Shown here: positions 51,947 through 64,000 of the stretch, piece by piece
Layout: the number at the start of each line of letters is the position of its first letter
Position numbering within the stretch: position 1 is the first letter of the stretch
Assembly: GCA_964016885.1 (NCBI GenBank)
Contig: OZ024741.1
Coordinates: 311,674,001 to 311,738,000 of the forward strand
DNA length: 64,000 nucleotides
Reading direction: 5' to 3'
Origin: Eledone cirrhosa
Lineage: Eukaryota
Position numbers and translations under genes: made by a program
Notes under the pieces: generated by a model
The model's database searches: none
Seen by the model: only the letters and a program-made list of their open reading frames with translations
What the model was told of the DNA's origin: nothing

Positions 51947-52234
51947 ATATATATATATATATATTAAGACAGGGGGGAAGAAAAAAATGGCTTCACTTGT
52001 GCTTTCAACAAATTTAATTTCTTCACAAAATCCAAAAAGAATTTTTTCCGGATTAGAAAAAAAAATTTTTTTTTCTTTTTTTAAATGTTATAAATTAAGT
52101 CGTTGGTTGTTGGTTAGGTCTTAGGAGTTCTTGGTTAACATAGGAGGTATTGTTTCGTTGAAAGCACAAGTGAAGCCATTTTTTTCTTCCCCCCGTCTTA
52201 ATATACCTAACTGTACCAAGGATTACACACATTT

Positions 52235-52314
<80 letters not shown>

Positions 52315-52859
52315 TTTGCGAGGTTTTTGATATGAAATCGTGTCGGAACAAATATTGTTATACTTGGGGAGGGTCATATTGTTGTAATAATATTGCCAGA
52401 ATTAATAACAGAACACACTCACTGTTTGGTTGGTTTTCGATTCTGTATCTTTTATATCAGTTTATTTATTTGGCCCTCAATGTTTACCATTGACTGACCA
52501 ACGGTCAAAAAATACAGATATAATATAGACACAAACACATATATATATCTAACAAATTCTTTCGTTTGACATCTGCAACATCGTCAGTGGTGCTATTATT
52601 ATGTTCATCCTGTTGTATTGTATATCTGCGCCATCTTAAATAAAAATTAAATAAAGATGGCGTAGATATACAATACAACAGGAGGAACATAATAATAGCA
52701 CCACTGACGATGTTGCAGATGTGCAACGGAAGAACTTATAAAATTATAAATTTAGAACTTATAAAATTCAGGGACTTTCACAGGAGCCTCAGAAATTTGT
52801 GCCGGTTTTCTTGATGGGTGGAAATGAAACACAGGCACAACAAGGATGTACCTATGTCC

Positions 52860-55068
52860 ATGGTGGATTGCCATTCTACATAGTTGCAAGAAATGCTTCA
52901 CCAACATCACATGTACGTCACTGTATTTAAATATGCACTGGAGCATATGAACAACACCATAGATCGTAAAATCATCATTAGGGCAGACAAACGCCCAGCT
53001 TCTGAACATGAACGCAGATTAAATGCACCTGTCACTGATGAAGTTGCAATCATAATGGTTGATGAACAGCATGAACGACGTTACATTGTTTTGCAAAAAC
53101 GAAGTGGACATTTGGAGCAAATATGTGAAAGTCATAGAGCCTATGATTCACTCCAATATCCGGCAGATCAGCCCAGGAACGGGACAAGAAACTGGCCGAT
53201 CAATCAGCTGCAAAGAATTCTATGCTTATCATTTCATGGTACGTGACCACTTTAACCAAGTTCTGCGATTCAAAGAAGCAACCAGCCAGTTCATGGTGGA
53301 CATGTATGCCAAAATTGAAACAGAAAGATTGGGTTTTCTCCGAAGGAATCAAACTAAGTTGAGGGCACATAACTACATACACCTTAGAGACGCCATCAAT
53401 TCTGATGTTGACCCAAATAAAATTGGCCAGCTAGTCATACTACTATCATGCTTCACGGGAGGACCACGTACGCAAGATGTAATGGCCTATGTCAGAAAAT
53501 TTGGTTGGCTAGATCTCTTCACTACATTTACATGAAATTCAAACTGGTCAGAAATATCAAATGAAGTATTTCAAAATCTAAAACCAAAGGATCGACATGA
53601 CCTCATTGCTCGGGCTTTCCATGAAAAGCAAAACAAAACAACTCATCTGGCTCCTAAAAGAAGGAAGAATCTTTGGTGAAATTAGTGCTTGGGTGACCAC
53701 TATTGAGTGGCAGAAGAGAGATCTTCCTCACTCTCACACACTAATCTGGTGCAGGAGAAGATAAGCCCAGATGATGTTGATAAGATCATTTCAGCAGAGT
53801 TGCCTGATAAAGGTGCTGTCCAGAGCTCTTTGAAACCATCAAGTCCAGACTCATTCATGGTCCATGTGGAGTCATCAATCCAGTCTCTCTCTGCATGAAA
53901 GGTTAAAAATGCAGCAAACATTATCCTAGTGCTTTTATTCGGGATACTCGGACTGACAATAATGGATACCCCATTTATCGTAGGCGTAGACCAGAACATG
54001 GGGGCAATACTGCAAGCCTAACAGTTCGAGGAGAGGAGCTGACCATAAACTATCAGTTAGTCGTCCCTCACAACAAATTGTTGTGTAAACTTTTAAAAGC
54101 TCATATCAATGTTGAGTATTGCAGCTCCCTCAAGGTAATCCTATATGTCAGAAAATATATCAACAAGGGCCATGACATGGCTAGCTTTATTACTGACAAA
54201 GAACTCAATGATGGTGGGCTGGATGAGGTCAAACGGTATCAAACCGGTCGATACATCTCCAGCAATGAAGCTATCTGGTGAATCTTTGGATTTGATATCC
54301 ATCAACGCCACCCAACAGTGCTCAATGGAAAATGGACAGAGAGTGTACTTCACTGAGATCACTGCTTATCAGATGGCACACGCATCACATGACACAACAC
54401 TAACTTCTTTCTTTAAACTCTGCCAGAATGATGAATTTGCTCGATCCCTCCTATATGCTGAAGTCCCAACATACTACAGCTGGACTAATTGCAAGACCTG
54501 GAATCGAAGAAAGTAGTGTCATTACTGGAAGGTCATGAAGTCAAGTCAAGTGATGCGATTGGGTGTGTTTACAATGTCCATCCCAACAACAGAGAATGTT
54601 TTTATTTACGGCTATTTCTGCATACTGTTCCAGGACCAACGTCATTTGAGGATCTTAGGTGCTTCAGAGGAAGGGTGTGCGCAACATATCAAGAAGCATG
54701 TAAACAGCATGGACTTCTGCATGACAATGGACACTGGGAGATCTGCCTAAAAGAAGTAGCAATCACTCAAGTAGCCAGCCAAATAAGACAATTATTTGCT
54801 ATTATGCTCACAACATGTGGAATTGATGAAGCTCATCTACTCTGGCAGGAGTACAAAAACAATGTCTCGGACCACTATCTACACCTAGCCAGAAGACATC
54901 TTGGCAATATGTATATGGAATATACCCCCAGGATTTACAATCAAACTCTCTGTGACCTGTCCCATCAAGTTCAGGCAATGAAGAGCACATTAGCTAACTG
55001 ACAATAATGGATACCCCATTTATCGTATGCGTAGACCAGAACAAGGAGGCAATAGTGCAAGCCTAACA
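52860..55068 (+). mobile_element. Helitron Rep (HUH) region, decayed; helicase absent
   Basis: QFMVDMYAKIETERL, WLDLFTTFT (motif 1), IEWQKRDLPHSHTLIW (motif 2), YVRKYINKG (motif 3), RYISSNEAIW, FYLRLFL..VPGPTSFEDLR; frameshifts. Confidence 0.92.
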
Positions 55069-58000
55069 GTGTCTAAAGAAACCGGGTACTGTGTGAACAG
55101 TTATGTATAGAGAGCGTAATCGGTCTTAACTGAGTGTGTAATACGTCTAGATATATCCTAACCGAGAGAACTCAATGGTTAGGTCGGGTATCCTAAAGTA
55201 ATTGTTTCTACTTTTGGCACAAGGCCAGCAATTACCCAGTACATTACTGGTACTCTATTTTATCGACCCCGTAAGGATGAAAGGCAAAGTTATGCGCGTA
55301 ATCGGTCTTACTTGAGTGTGTAATCATTCTACCTATTTACTAACTAGGTATTCTAATGTGCACTCAGCTGTTAAATCTCTGTGGAAACAGCCGAGTACAG
55401 TTTGTAAGTGCGCAAACGATCTAAGCTGTCTAACTACCTGAGTGTGTGATTGTCTGTGTTTTGCTAATTGAGAGAACTAAATGGCTAAGGTAGAGAGGGA
55501 GGAGTTAGTGGTAGGTTACTTTCCAAATATCCTGCGGAAGGTTTTCGAGGTACTATTTTGGCATTGCTGAAAAAATCTGCTCTCCTATTGATTAATAGGG
55601 GGCCGCCTCCAAAAATATTAAAGGTTTCAGCTATACATAAATTACAGACGCCAGTGCTGCCGTTATATGGCCGGGCTGAGCAAATTATGGACCAGGATAA
55701 GGAGTGCTCTATATTCTGTTGTCTAAGCTTCCAGACTAATTCATAAAGCGCCGTGCTATTTTTTTTAATCTAATCTATTAAAGGTATGGCGGTGATTATA
55801 CCATCTATCCTTAAATTCAATGGCAGTTTCCCCAACATACCTGAAGGTTCTATCTAAAGTGGAGACCTTACAGTCGTAGACTATGTTTTTGGTGAGGCAT
55901 TTCCCAGACATGGGGCAAGTGGCGGTGTTGCTGCAATTACATTTTCTTTTATCGACCTTGGTAGTTCCAGAAGAACCACGGTACCTTTGGGGTCGGGTCT
56001 CAGTTCTTGTCTGCTTTATCGGTAAGTTCGCAGCAGTTGGGGTGACCCGACTCGCCTCACATGTATCAGTCCGTTCATCCATAGAGCTGCCATTAATTCT
56101 GCCATGTCTCATCCCCCCTTGGGCTGTCCTAAGTCTACTATAATTCATCTTAGCTATATTCTGATCTATGTTATTGGTTGTGCAGTAGGCCAGCTTGATG
56201 GTATTCCTTTTGAATATGTTATAGTATCGGTGTGATCTAGGGAAGCCTTTGTCTAATGCCGTAACGAAAAGCTTATCTATACTAGTGGTCACGCCAGTGG
56301 AGTAAGGGTGTTATACCATAGGATTTTTCTGGTCCGATGCATTGTTCTTACTATCTATACTAGAGTTACCTGTCTCCTTAGTAGCTACTGGTCTATTATA
56401 ACTGAAAACTGCCTGTGGGTCGATGGTGTCCTGGGGTGTCCCGATTGTGTTAGGAATCGTCCCAAGTCTCAGGGCGGTGTACCCCCTGTGCGGCTATTGG
56501 GTTTACCCTCGATAGTCGGGGTTATATTCACTATCTATTTTACGTTCAACGGTTGTTTTATCAGTTCTACAATTAAGGTTACAATTAGAGAATCCGCTGC
56601 CATTACGGTGTTCAGACCCCGTGTTTGTACCTGGGTGATTGTTTCCATTGGTACCATTGACATTGGGACTAGGAGGCAATACAACATGAAATCTATATTG
56701 ATCCTCCCTCGCATCCCGCCTGCTGTTAACTAAAGTGTCACTATTTTGGCCTAAGCTATCGCAGGCAATGTTGCTACTACTATTTAATGGACGTTTGAAT
56801 GAGATTATGTATAGCTGAAACCTTTAATATCATTAGTGGCGGCCCCCTATGTAGCAACTGCCAACATAGAAACTCGAAAACCTTCCGCAGAATTTTTGGA
56901 AAGTAACCTACCACTAACTCCTCCCTTTCTACCTTAGCCATAGAGTCCTCTCAATTAGCAAAAAACAGAAAAAAAATCACACACTCAGGTAGTTAGACAG
57001 CTTAGATCGTTTGCGCACTTACAAACGGTACTAGGCCTGTTTCCTTAGAGTTCTCAGAGCTGAGTGCACATTAGAATACCTAGTTAGTAAATAGATAGAA
57101 TGATTACATACACAGGTAAGACTGATTACGCGCATTCACCATTACTTTAGTATACCCTAACCCAGATGAGTTCTCTCGGTTAGGATATAGCTAGACGTAT
57201 TACACACTCAGTTAAGACCGATTACGCTCTCTATACATAACTCTACACACAGTACCCGGTTTCTTTAGACACTGAGTTCCCACTGTTATGACTGGTCACG
57301 TTTCTATCGATTGAACAATACACTAGGTTTTGATCCGTCGTCATCTAACCATGGAGTGCTCAGGGTTACAGATTGGACAATAATACTTACACACCATTAA
57401 TGGGCCTAAAACATCCTCTGGGTTTCGATATTCTTTGTTATTTTATTTTAATTTTTGTGTTGGATAACACACCTCCACCACTAAAAACACCTATCTTAAA
57501 AGCACAAGGGCCGATATGACGGAAAATCGCACATACTAACACCTTAATCCAAATACCCAACCCTACACAGAGCCCCTTGGTGGCTTAAATAGCGGTTGCT
57601 TGCACGAACAGATTTGGGGACTCATATTCTCAATGGGACAACGGCACATACTGAGTTCGATATGAGCTGATTACTTGCTCTTCACATGGATGTGTATATA
57701 ACTTAACATACACTTTTTTGGACGATACGGATGTGTATATACCATAACATACACTATTTGGAGATAGAGATACGGATGTTACAATTCAATCTATACACGT
57801 ATAGCAGAACATTGAACTGAACTTACTTGCGTGTATACAGGATTGCGATTGACCCACTTTTTCAAATCCTTTTGGACGATACGGATGTGTATATACCATA
57901 ACATACACTACTTGGAGATACGGATGTTACAATTCAATCTATACACGTATAGCAGAACATTGAACTGAAGTTACTTGCGTGTGTATAGGGTTGCGGTTGA

Positions 58001-58560
58001 CCAAACGTTTCCAATTTACATCGTCAAATTGAGATTTGACCAATATAAAATTTGTTGTTTTGTAAACTAACTTTAGGTGAATACTATGTTGGTATATTTA
58101 TATTGTATCTTTGACCTCACGTCAGTGTGTGAGTGTGTGTACTCACTCACACTAACTGTGACCATCTATAGTTCTACAGATTTGATGCTATGTTGGTATT
58201 TGTACATATGTTTTCTTTGAACTCGCGTCGGTGTGGGTGTCTGTGTGTGTACCCACTCACATTAACTGTGACCGACTGTAATTCTACAGATTTGATTGAT
58301 GTCCAACATCTTTTACAGCTGTTGGGAGATAGAGACTTGATAGCAGACGACGTGTTTTGAGTGCTTGATTTTCATATGAGGGACTAAATTCTGTGAGTGA
58401 ACATCGTTAATTTTCTCCCTCATATCAAGTATTTGAAGACAATTCATTTTCACCTGACGAATTCAGTGATAATCGATCATGGCTACACGATCAAACTATC
58501 TCTTATTGAAACATGTGCCGTGATTAAAATGATTGGAAATTTATACCATGCCTTCGGATC
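55068..58560 (-). mobile_element. Penelope-like remnant (GIY-YIG 55765-56292) between inverted arms 55068-55641 and 56804-57274, pLTR continuing to 58560
   Basis: FPRSHRYYNIFKRNTIKLAYC, CNCSNTATCPMSGKCLTKNIVYDC..YVGETAIEFKDRWYNH; arms are reverse complements. Confidence 0.85.
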
Positions 58561-58604
<44 letters not shown>

Positions 58605-58785
58605 TTTAGAACTATTAGAAACATTTCATTCAAATGTAATGATCAGGAAACCCGTTTCCAGATGATTTCTTTGGATGAAACTATTCTAGACCTGCAGAAG
58701 CCATTTTTATATTAAACATCATATTTACACACACACACACACACAGACACACGTATGTATATGTGTGTGAGTGTTTGTGTGTGCA

Positions 58786-58898
<113 letters not shown>

Positions 58899-58925
58899 TA
58901 AATACGTAACAAGTTTTTGATATAC

Positions 58926-59060
58926 CTTGTTGGCAAACTTCACCAGTATAACCTGCAGAACATCCATCTGAACATGCTCCATTCCGCTTGTCACAGTTAC
59001 TATTGTTGAGACAATGGCATTTCTCTGTACAATTAACACCAAAGTTTTCTATTCGGCATT
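58926..59060 (-). CDS. EGF-like exon (type B)
   Basis: tttcag|...|gtatat; 135 nt; ECRIENFGVNCTEKCHCLNNSNCDKRNGACSDGCSAGYTGEVCQQ. Confidence 0.92.
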
Positions 59061-59159
59061 CTGAAATATATATAAGATTTCTATATTAAACATCATATTT
59101 ACACAGACACACACAAACGCATGCACACACACTCCCGTACTCACCCACACCCACGCACA

Positions 59160-59264
<105 letters not shown>

Positions 59265-59377
59265 CGTCAGAGCCACAGAGAGAGAACATTAAAATGGTGG
59301 TTCTAACATAGCTTTATACATATGAGTATGTATAGTTTGGATATCTAACAATATGTGATATGTTTAGGTATAATAAT

Positions 59378-59561
59378 TGTTTCTACTTCAGGCACAAGGC
59401 CAGTAAATACCCAGTGCATTACTGGTACTTTATTTTATCGGCATCGTAAGGATGAAAGGCAAAGTCAACCTCGGCGGTATTTGAACTCAGATCGTAAAGG
59501 GACGTAACTATGCTGTAAAGCATGGCGTCCGACCCGCTACTGATACTGCCAATCCACCGCC
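59378..59561 (-). mobile_element. Full-length SINE inserted after the segmental duplication
   Basis: Empty site TAGGTATAATAATAATAAATAATT at about 39193-39216. Confidence 0.88.
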
Positions 59562-59868
59562 TAATAATAAATAATTATAGGGTTCAAATATTACGTTTAA
59601 TATAGACATAGCTTCTACAACACTAGAAATATTTCATTCAAAAATAATCAGCAGGAAAGCCGTTTACTGATGAATTCTTTGGAAGAAATCATTCTAGTCC
59701 AGTAGAAGCGATTTATATATTAAAAATAATATTTGCACACACACACATATACACTCCCCCCACCCCACCCCCACCACACACACAGACGCACACGCTCACA
59801 CAAATATATATGTATTTGTGTGTGTGTGTGTGTGTGTATAATAAATAGATAACAGATTTTTGATAAAC

Positions 59869-60003
59869 CTTGTTGGCAATTGTCACCAATATATCCTGCA
59901 GCACATCCATCGGAACATCTTCCTTTAATAATGTCACAGTTATTATTGTTGATACAATGGCATTCCTCAGTACAACCCAAACCATACGTTCCTACTGGGC
60001 ATT
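59869..60003 (-). CDS. EGF-like exon (type A)
   Basis: ttttttag|AA TGC...CAA G|gtttat; 135 nt; ECPVGTYGLGCTEECHCINNNNCDIIKGRCSDGCAAGYIGDNCQQ. Confidence 0.9.
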
Positions 60004-60377
60004 CTAAAAAATATCAATATATATGATAATGTTGAAGAAAGCATTAATTACATACAGATATCAATGATACAATTTTATATCAAATTTTAAGATCCTCTAT
60101 AAAATATACATGGATTTTTAGTTCACTTAAATGCAATGTTTGAAACATTCTGAAAGAAACAAACAATATCATAAGTAAGATAACAAATATAATCCTTCCA
60201 AATCTTACCATATTCTAACAGTGACTACGATATGTAGAGATTCTTACATTTAAATAAACACACAAAAACACACATTCATAGATATATATATAATATATAC
60301 TGTATATGTATAAATGCATACATATACACACACACACACACATACATACATACATACATACATACATACCTACATAC

Positions 60378-63112
60378 AAAAGAAAACAAAGAAAACAAAT
60401 AATGAAATATTACGTGTTATTGACGAAATAGGGATGAATATTTACGACGGATAAAACCCCAACATTTTTGCGAATCAACGCCTGTTTATATGCCTTAGCA
60501 ACGACAGTGAAGCATTATCTTGGTGATAGCAGGGATATTAACAAGAACATACCACCACCAAAAATACCATCATATATAACTAAAATAGAAAAAAAGATTG
60601 CTGACCTACGGAAATCTTAGGTTATGTGACAATGCTCTTTACATGCAAACAAACACAAAAAAACCTCATTCCTCACCAACAAAGAGTGAAAAATAAGATA
60701 GAGACGATGTTTGGTAACACTAGAACCAGAACTCTCCAATATAAGCTGATCACCCTCAATCAAGAATTGAGAGCTGTTAGCAAAAAACGCCGATATCTGA
60801 AGAAGATAGGTGAGAGAAAGGTGCCTAATAAAAGATTCAGACGAAACCAAACATCAGTATATAGAGAAATGAAGGGCAAAATAATAAGTGCCACTGAGGT
60901 CCCATCCCAGAAAGACATAGATTCCTTTTGGAGCAAAATATGGGGTGAAAAGAAGAATTTCAACCAAGATGCAGTGTGGCTAAGAGAAACCCGAAAGAAC
61001 TATTGCTCCTACACTACAACAAAAACATACTTGGCAAAAAGCTACCGACCCATTGCATGCCAGAACCTGATGTATAAAATGTATACAGCCTGCCTGAACT
61101 TATTCCTCCAATATCAGTGTGAAAATAATAACATCATCACAGATGAACAAGCAGCTGGAAAGAAAGGGGTTTGGGGATGTGCTGAACAACTCCTAATCAA
61201 CAAAACTGCGATGTCGGAGGTGCGACAACTTAGGAGGAATATGGCTACAGTCTGGCTGGACTACAGGAAAGCTTTCGATTCTGTTCCCCATTCTTGGATG
61301 ATAGAGGCTCTTCAACTTGCTAAAGTCCCAGACATTATTGTCAGAGCCATAGAGAGGCTGTCTTCTTCTTGGGCTACTATCCTAAGGTTAAAGACAGAGA
61401 GGGAGGACTCTATTTTCAGTGATAAAATAAAATATTGCATTTGTATATTTCAGGGGGACAGTCTCTCTGTGATATTATTCTTGTAATTAAACCCCTTGTC
61501 CTTTCTGCTCAAGAAATGTTAGGGATAGATCATTGGCTCACAGGAAGGCAAAAATACGAACCTAACCCATAATTTCTTTGTGGAGGATCTGAAACTCTAT
61601 GCCAATAACATGGATGGGATGAAGAAAAAACTTGACCTGGTTACAACGTTCTCAAAGGATATAGGAATGGAGTTTGGCCAAGATAAATGCTCATACATGA
61701 CTGTAAAGCGGGGACAAACAACAACCCAATCTAGCAACATTGTCATCAATGGCCTAACCGATATCTGATGAGGACTGCTACAGAATACCTGGGGATAGAT
61801 GAGAACATATCCTATAATGGTATATGTAATAGAAAACGCGTAACCAGGGAATACTACACCCAATTAAGAAAGATCTGGCCATCGGAACTCTCTGCGCAAA
61901 ACAAAACAGTGGCTCACAATGTGATTTCTGTGCCTGTCCTAACACCAACGTTTGGAATGCTCAACTGGACGATAGACGAAATCCGAGCAGTTAATGTTGG
62001 AATTCGAAAAATATAAACAACACCGGAAACAGTGACACAGACTGCCTTTACTTGAAACCTGTGCAGAGAGGCAGGGGCCTAACATCAATCCAGACATGTT
62101 CCCAGGAAGGTCCAGAGTGAGAGTAATATAGATAAGGAAAGTACTCTATCTTGCACCAACAACCGCTACTTTGGCTCCCACTTTGAACCATACGCTTTTG
62201 CAATCCAAGAACAGGAGATTAACACGAAATACCTGATTCACAAGAGAGATAGGGATGCAGGCAAAACACCTAGATGTGATAACAAGTGCAGACTTTGCAG
62301 AACTAACATCGAGGATATCACCCATGTCATCAGTAGTTGTCCAAAGATGTCATCGCGGTACTATCTACCTATGAGGCATGATGTACTGGCGAAAACACTG
62401 CACAATGCAGTTCGTAAAAAATGTAGCCCCGATAATAAACACATTGAAAACTACAGCAATGTGGAAGACATCCATGTACATAATATGAAAGAGTACTGGT
62501 CGAATGTTCCAGTAAAAACCCCAATAATATGCCGGCATAACAGACCAGATATTATGATATGGGACAGGGAGAAGAAAGCATGCAAAGTAGTGGAAATTTA
62601 CTGCCCAGCAGATGCCAATATAACATCTAAGATTAGCGAAAAGGAGAATATTTATGCAGAACTGATGAGAAATCTGCAGATATTCCACCCTGATTACACC
62701 TTCAGATTTATGCCTGTGATTATTGGGGCACTGCGGTATGTTAGTAACTGCCTCAATACAAATCTTGAGAAGCGAGGCTTCACAGGAACAGAAGGAACAC
62801 AACTAGTTAGGAAACTACAAGTACAATCCATGAATGGAACAGTAAAAATATATAAAACATTCCAGAAATTGTGCATCTAATAACTGCATATACACATGTA
62901 CAGATGCAAAGCATATACACATGCACATATACTACTCAAAACATCCACATCCACACATACAATAACATCCATATCTACACATGATGCATGTAGACATACA
63001 TACATATCTACCTAGTTGATGTTGTGTAAATTCCAATGAGAGAGTCTTGTGTCTATGTTAGAAACCGACTCTCTATTGGTAAAACTTTGTGAAATTATAA
63101 ACCAGAAGAACA
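60378..63112 (+). mobile_element. R4/Dong-clade LINE, decayed
   Basis: YRPIACQNLMYK, WLDYRKAFDSVPH, IFQGDSLS, FFVEDLKLYA, YLGI, RHD, HNRPDIMIWD; flanked by (CATA)n. Confidence 0.92.
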
Positions 63113-63835
63113 TACATACATACATATAGAATATTAGTATTAATATTACTGTTATAATATTAACGGTATACTGATTCACCCAGTTATGTAAACTATCGGA
63201 TCAACTACGGTAATTTCCCCACGAAACAGTATAGGCCGATGGTGGACGGATACTACACGAGAATTCTGAGGATGGCTCTGAACATTAATCAGTATACACT
63301 GAGGATGAAGAACTCAGAGCTGTACGGGAGCCACCCGAAAGTCAGATCAAAGGTGACACAGAGGAGACTGAGGTTATCTGGACATGGTCACCGACATCCA
63401 GATTTCACACTGCACTCAGTGCACCTGTGGGAGACCCTTCATGGGCACACTGTAAGAGGAAAACCGAAGTTAACATATGATCATGCCCTAAGGACAGACA
63501 CTGCTCTGTTGGAGACGCAGGACATATTTGCGATAGCGATAATGAGGGATAGAGACCGCTTGCGAGAACTCGCCCATGGATCTCTGGAATTTTACCCGCC
63601 CTAGATAGATAGATAGAATGCTGATACACAAAGGATCAGTAGTATTTAGGTTTTTGAAATTACTGCGTATCACTTAACGGTGTGGTAGCATGTTGTTTAC
63701 TATTAAAACAGTTCAATTTCACCATTTTGTTAACTGTAAAATAAATGCTAATTGTATTTTCTTCACATGCATTTTTATTTTACAACTATTTAGTGTTTAT
63801 TTCCATGTTTTATATTCCATGCAAATAAACAACAA

Positions 63836-64000
63836 TCTATATATATAAAACTGTGGTTGTCTGTCTGTCTATCGATTTTTGGCACACATCTCCTCTTAGA
63901 ATCTCTGACGGAATTGCACCGAAATTGCTATATTTGTACATTGAGCCCTAGCGAAGACATCGGAAAAAAAAGATTTCAAATTGACCAACCCTATGTGACG
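63836..64000 (+). mobile_element. Probable 5' end of a non-autonomous Helitron-type element
   Basis: A|TCTATATATATAAAA followed by (TGTC)n; interrupts the duplicated block where the 50.7-kb copy lacks it; cut by window edge. Confidence 0.5.

Overview
AT-rich, microsatellite-dense eukaryotic DNA, most likely an octopod cephalopod (inferred from a SINE family I recognise; no marker gene confirms it). Almost all long ORFs in the track are microsatellite shadows or decayed retroelements. One host gene is readable on the minus strand: five phase-1 symmetric 8-Cys EGF-like exons (60.0, 59.0, 38.8, 35.5, 35.1 kb), a 126-nt linker exon (33.8 kb), a transmembrane exon (10.5 kb) and a candidate last exon running into a 12-bp tandem array (8 kb). 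This is a MEGF/SCARF/Draper-like type I receptor that has grown by segmental duplication. Its introns hold Penelope-like elements (many as fold-backs), RTE, Tx1, CRE and R4/Dong LINE remnants, a Helitron, a mariner MITE and about 10 SINEs. The main hidden signal is an unusually rich set of type I hammerhead ribozyme (HHR) motifs. It includes a non-LTR retrozyme-like family of 316/322-nt tandem units with a variant U3-A8 core (UUGAUAA) and compensatory stem changes between two loci, plus other HHRs with U3-A8 or CCGAUGA cores and very long loop-2 insertions. All folds were read by eye and none is tested.
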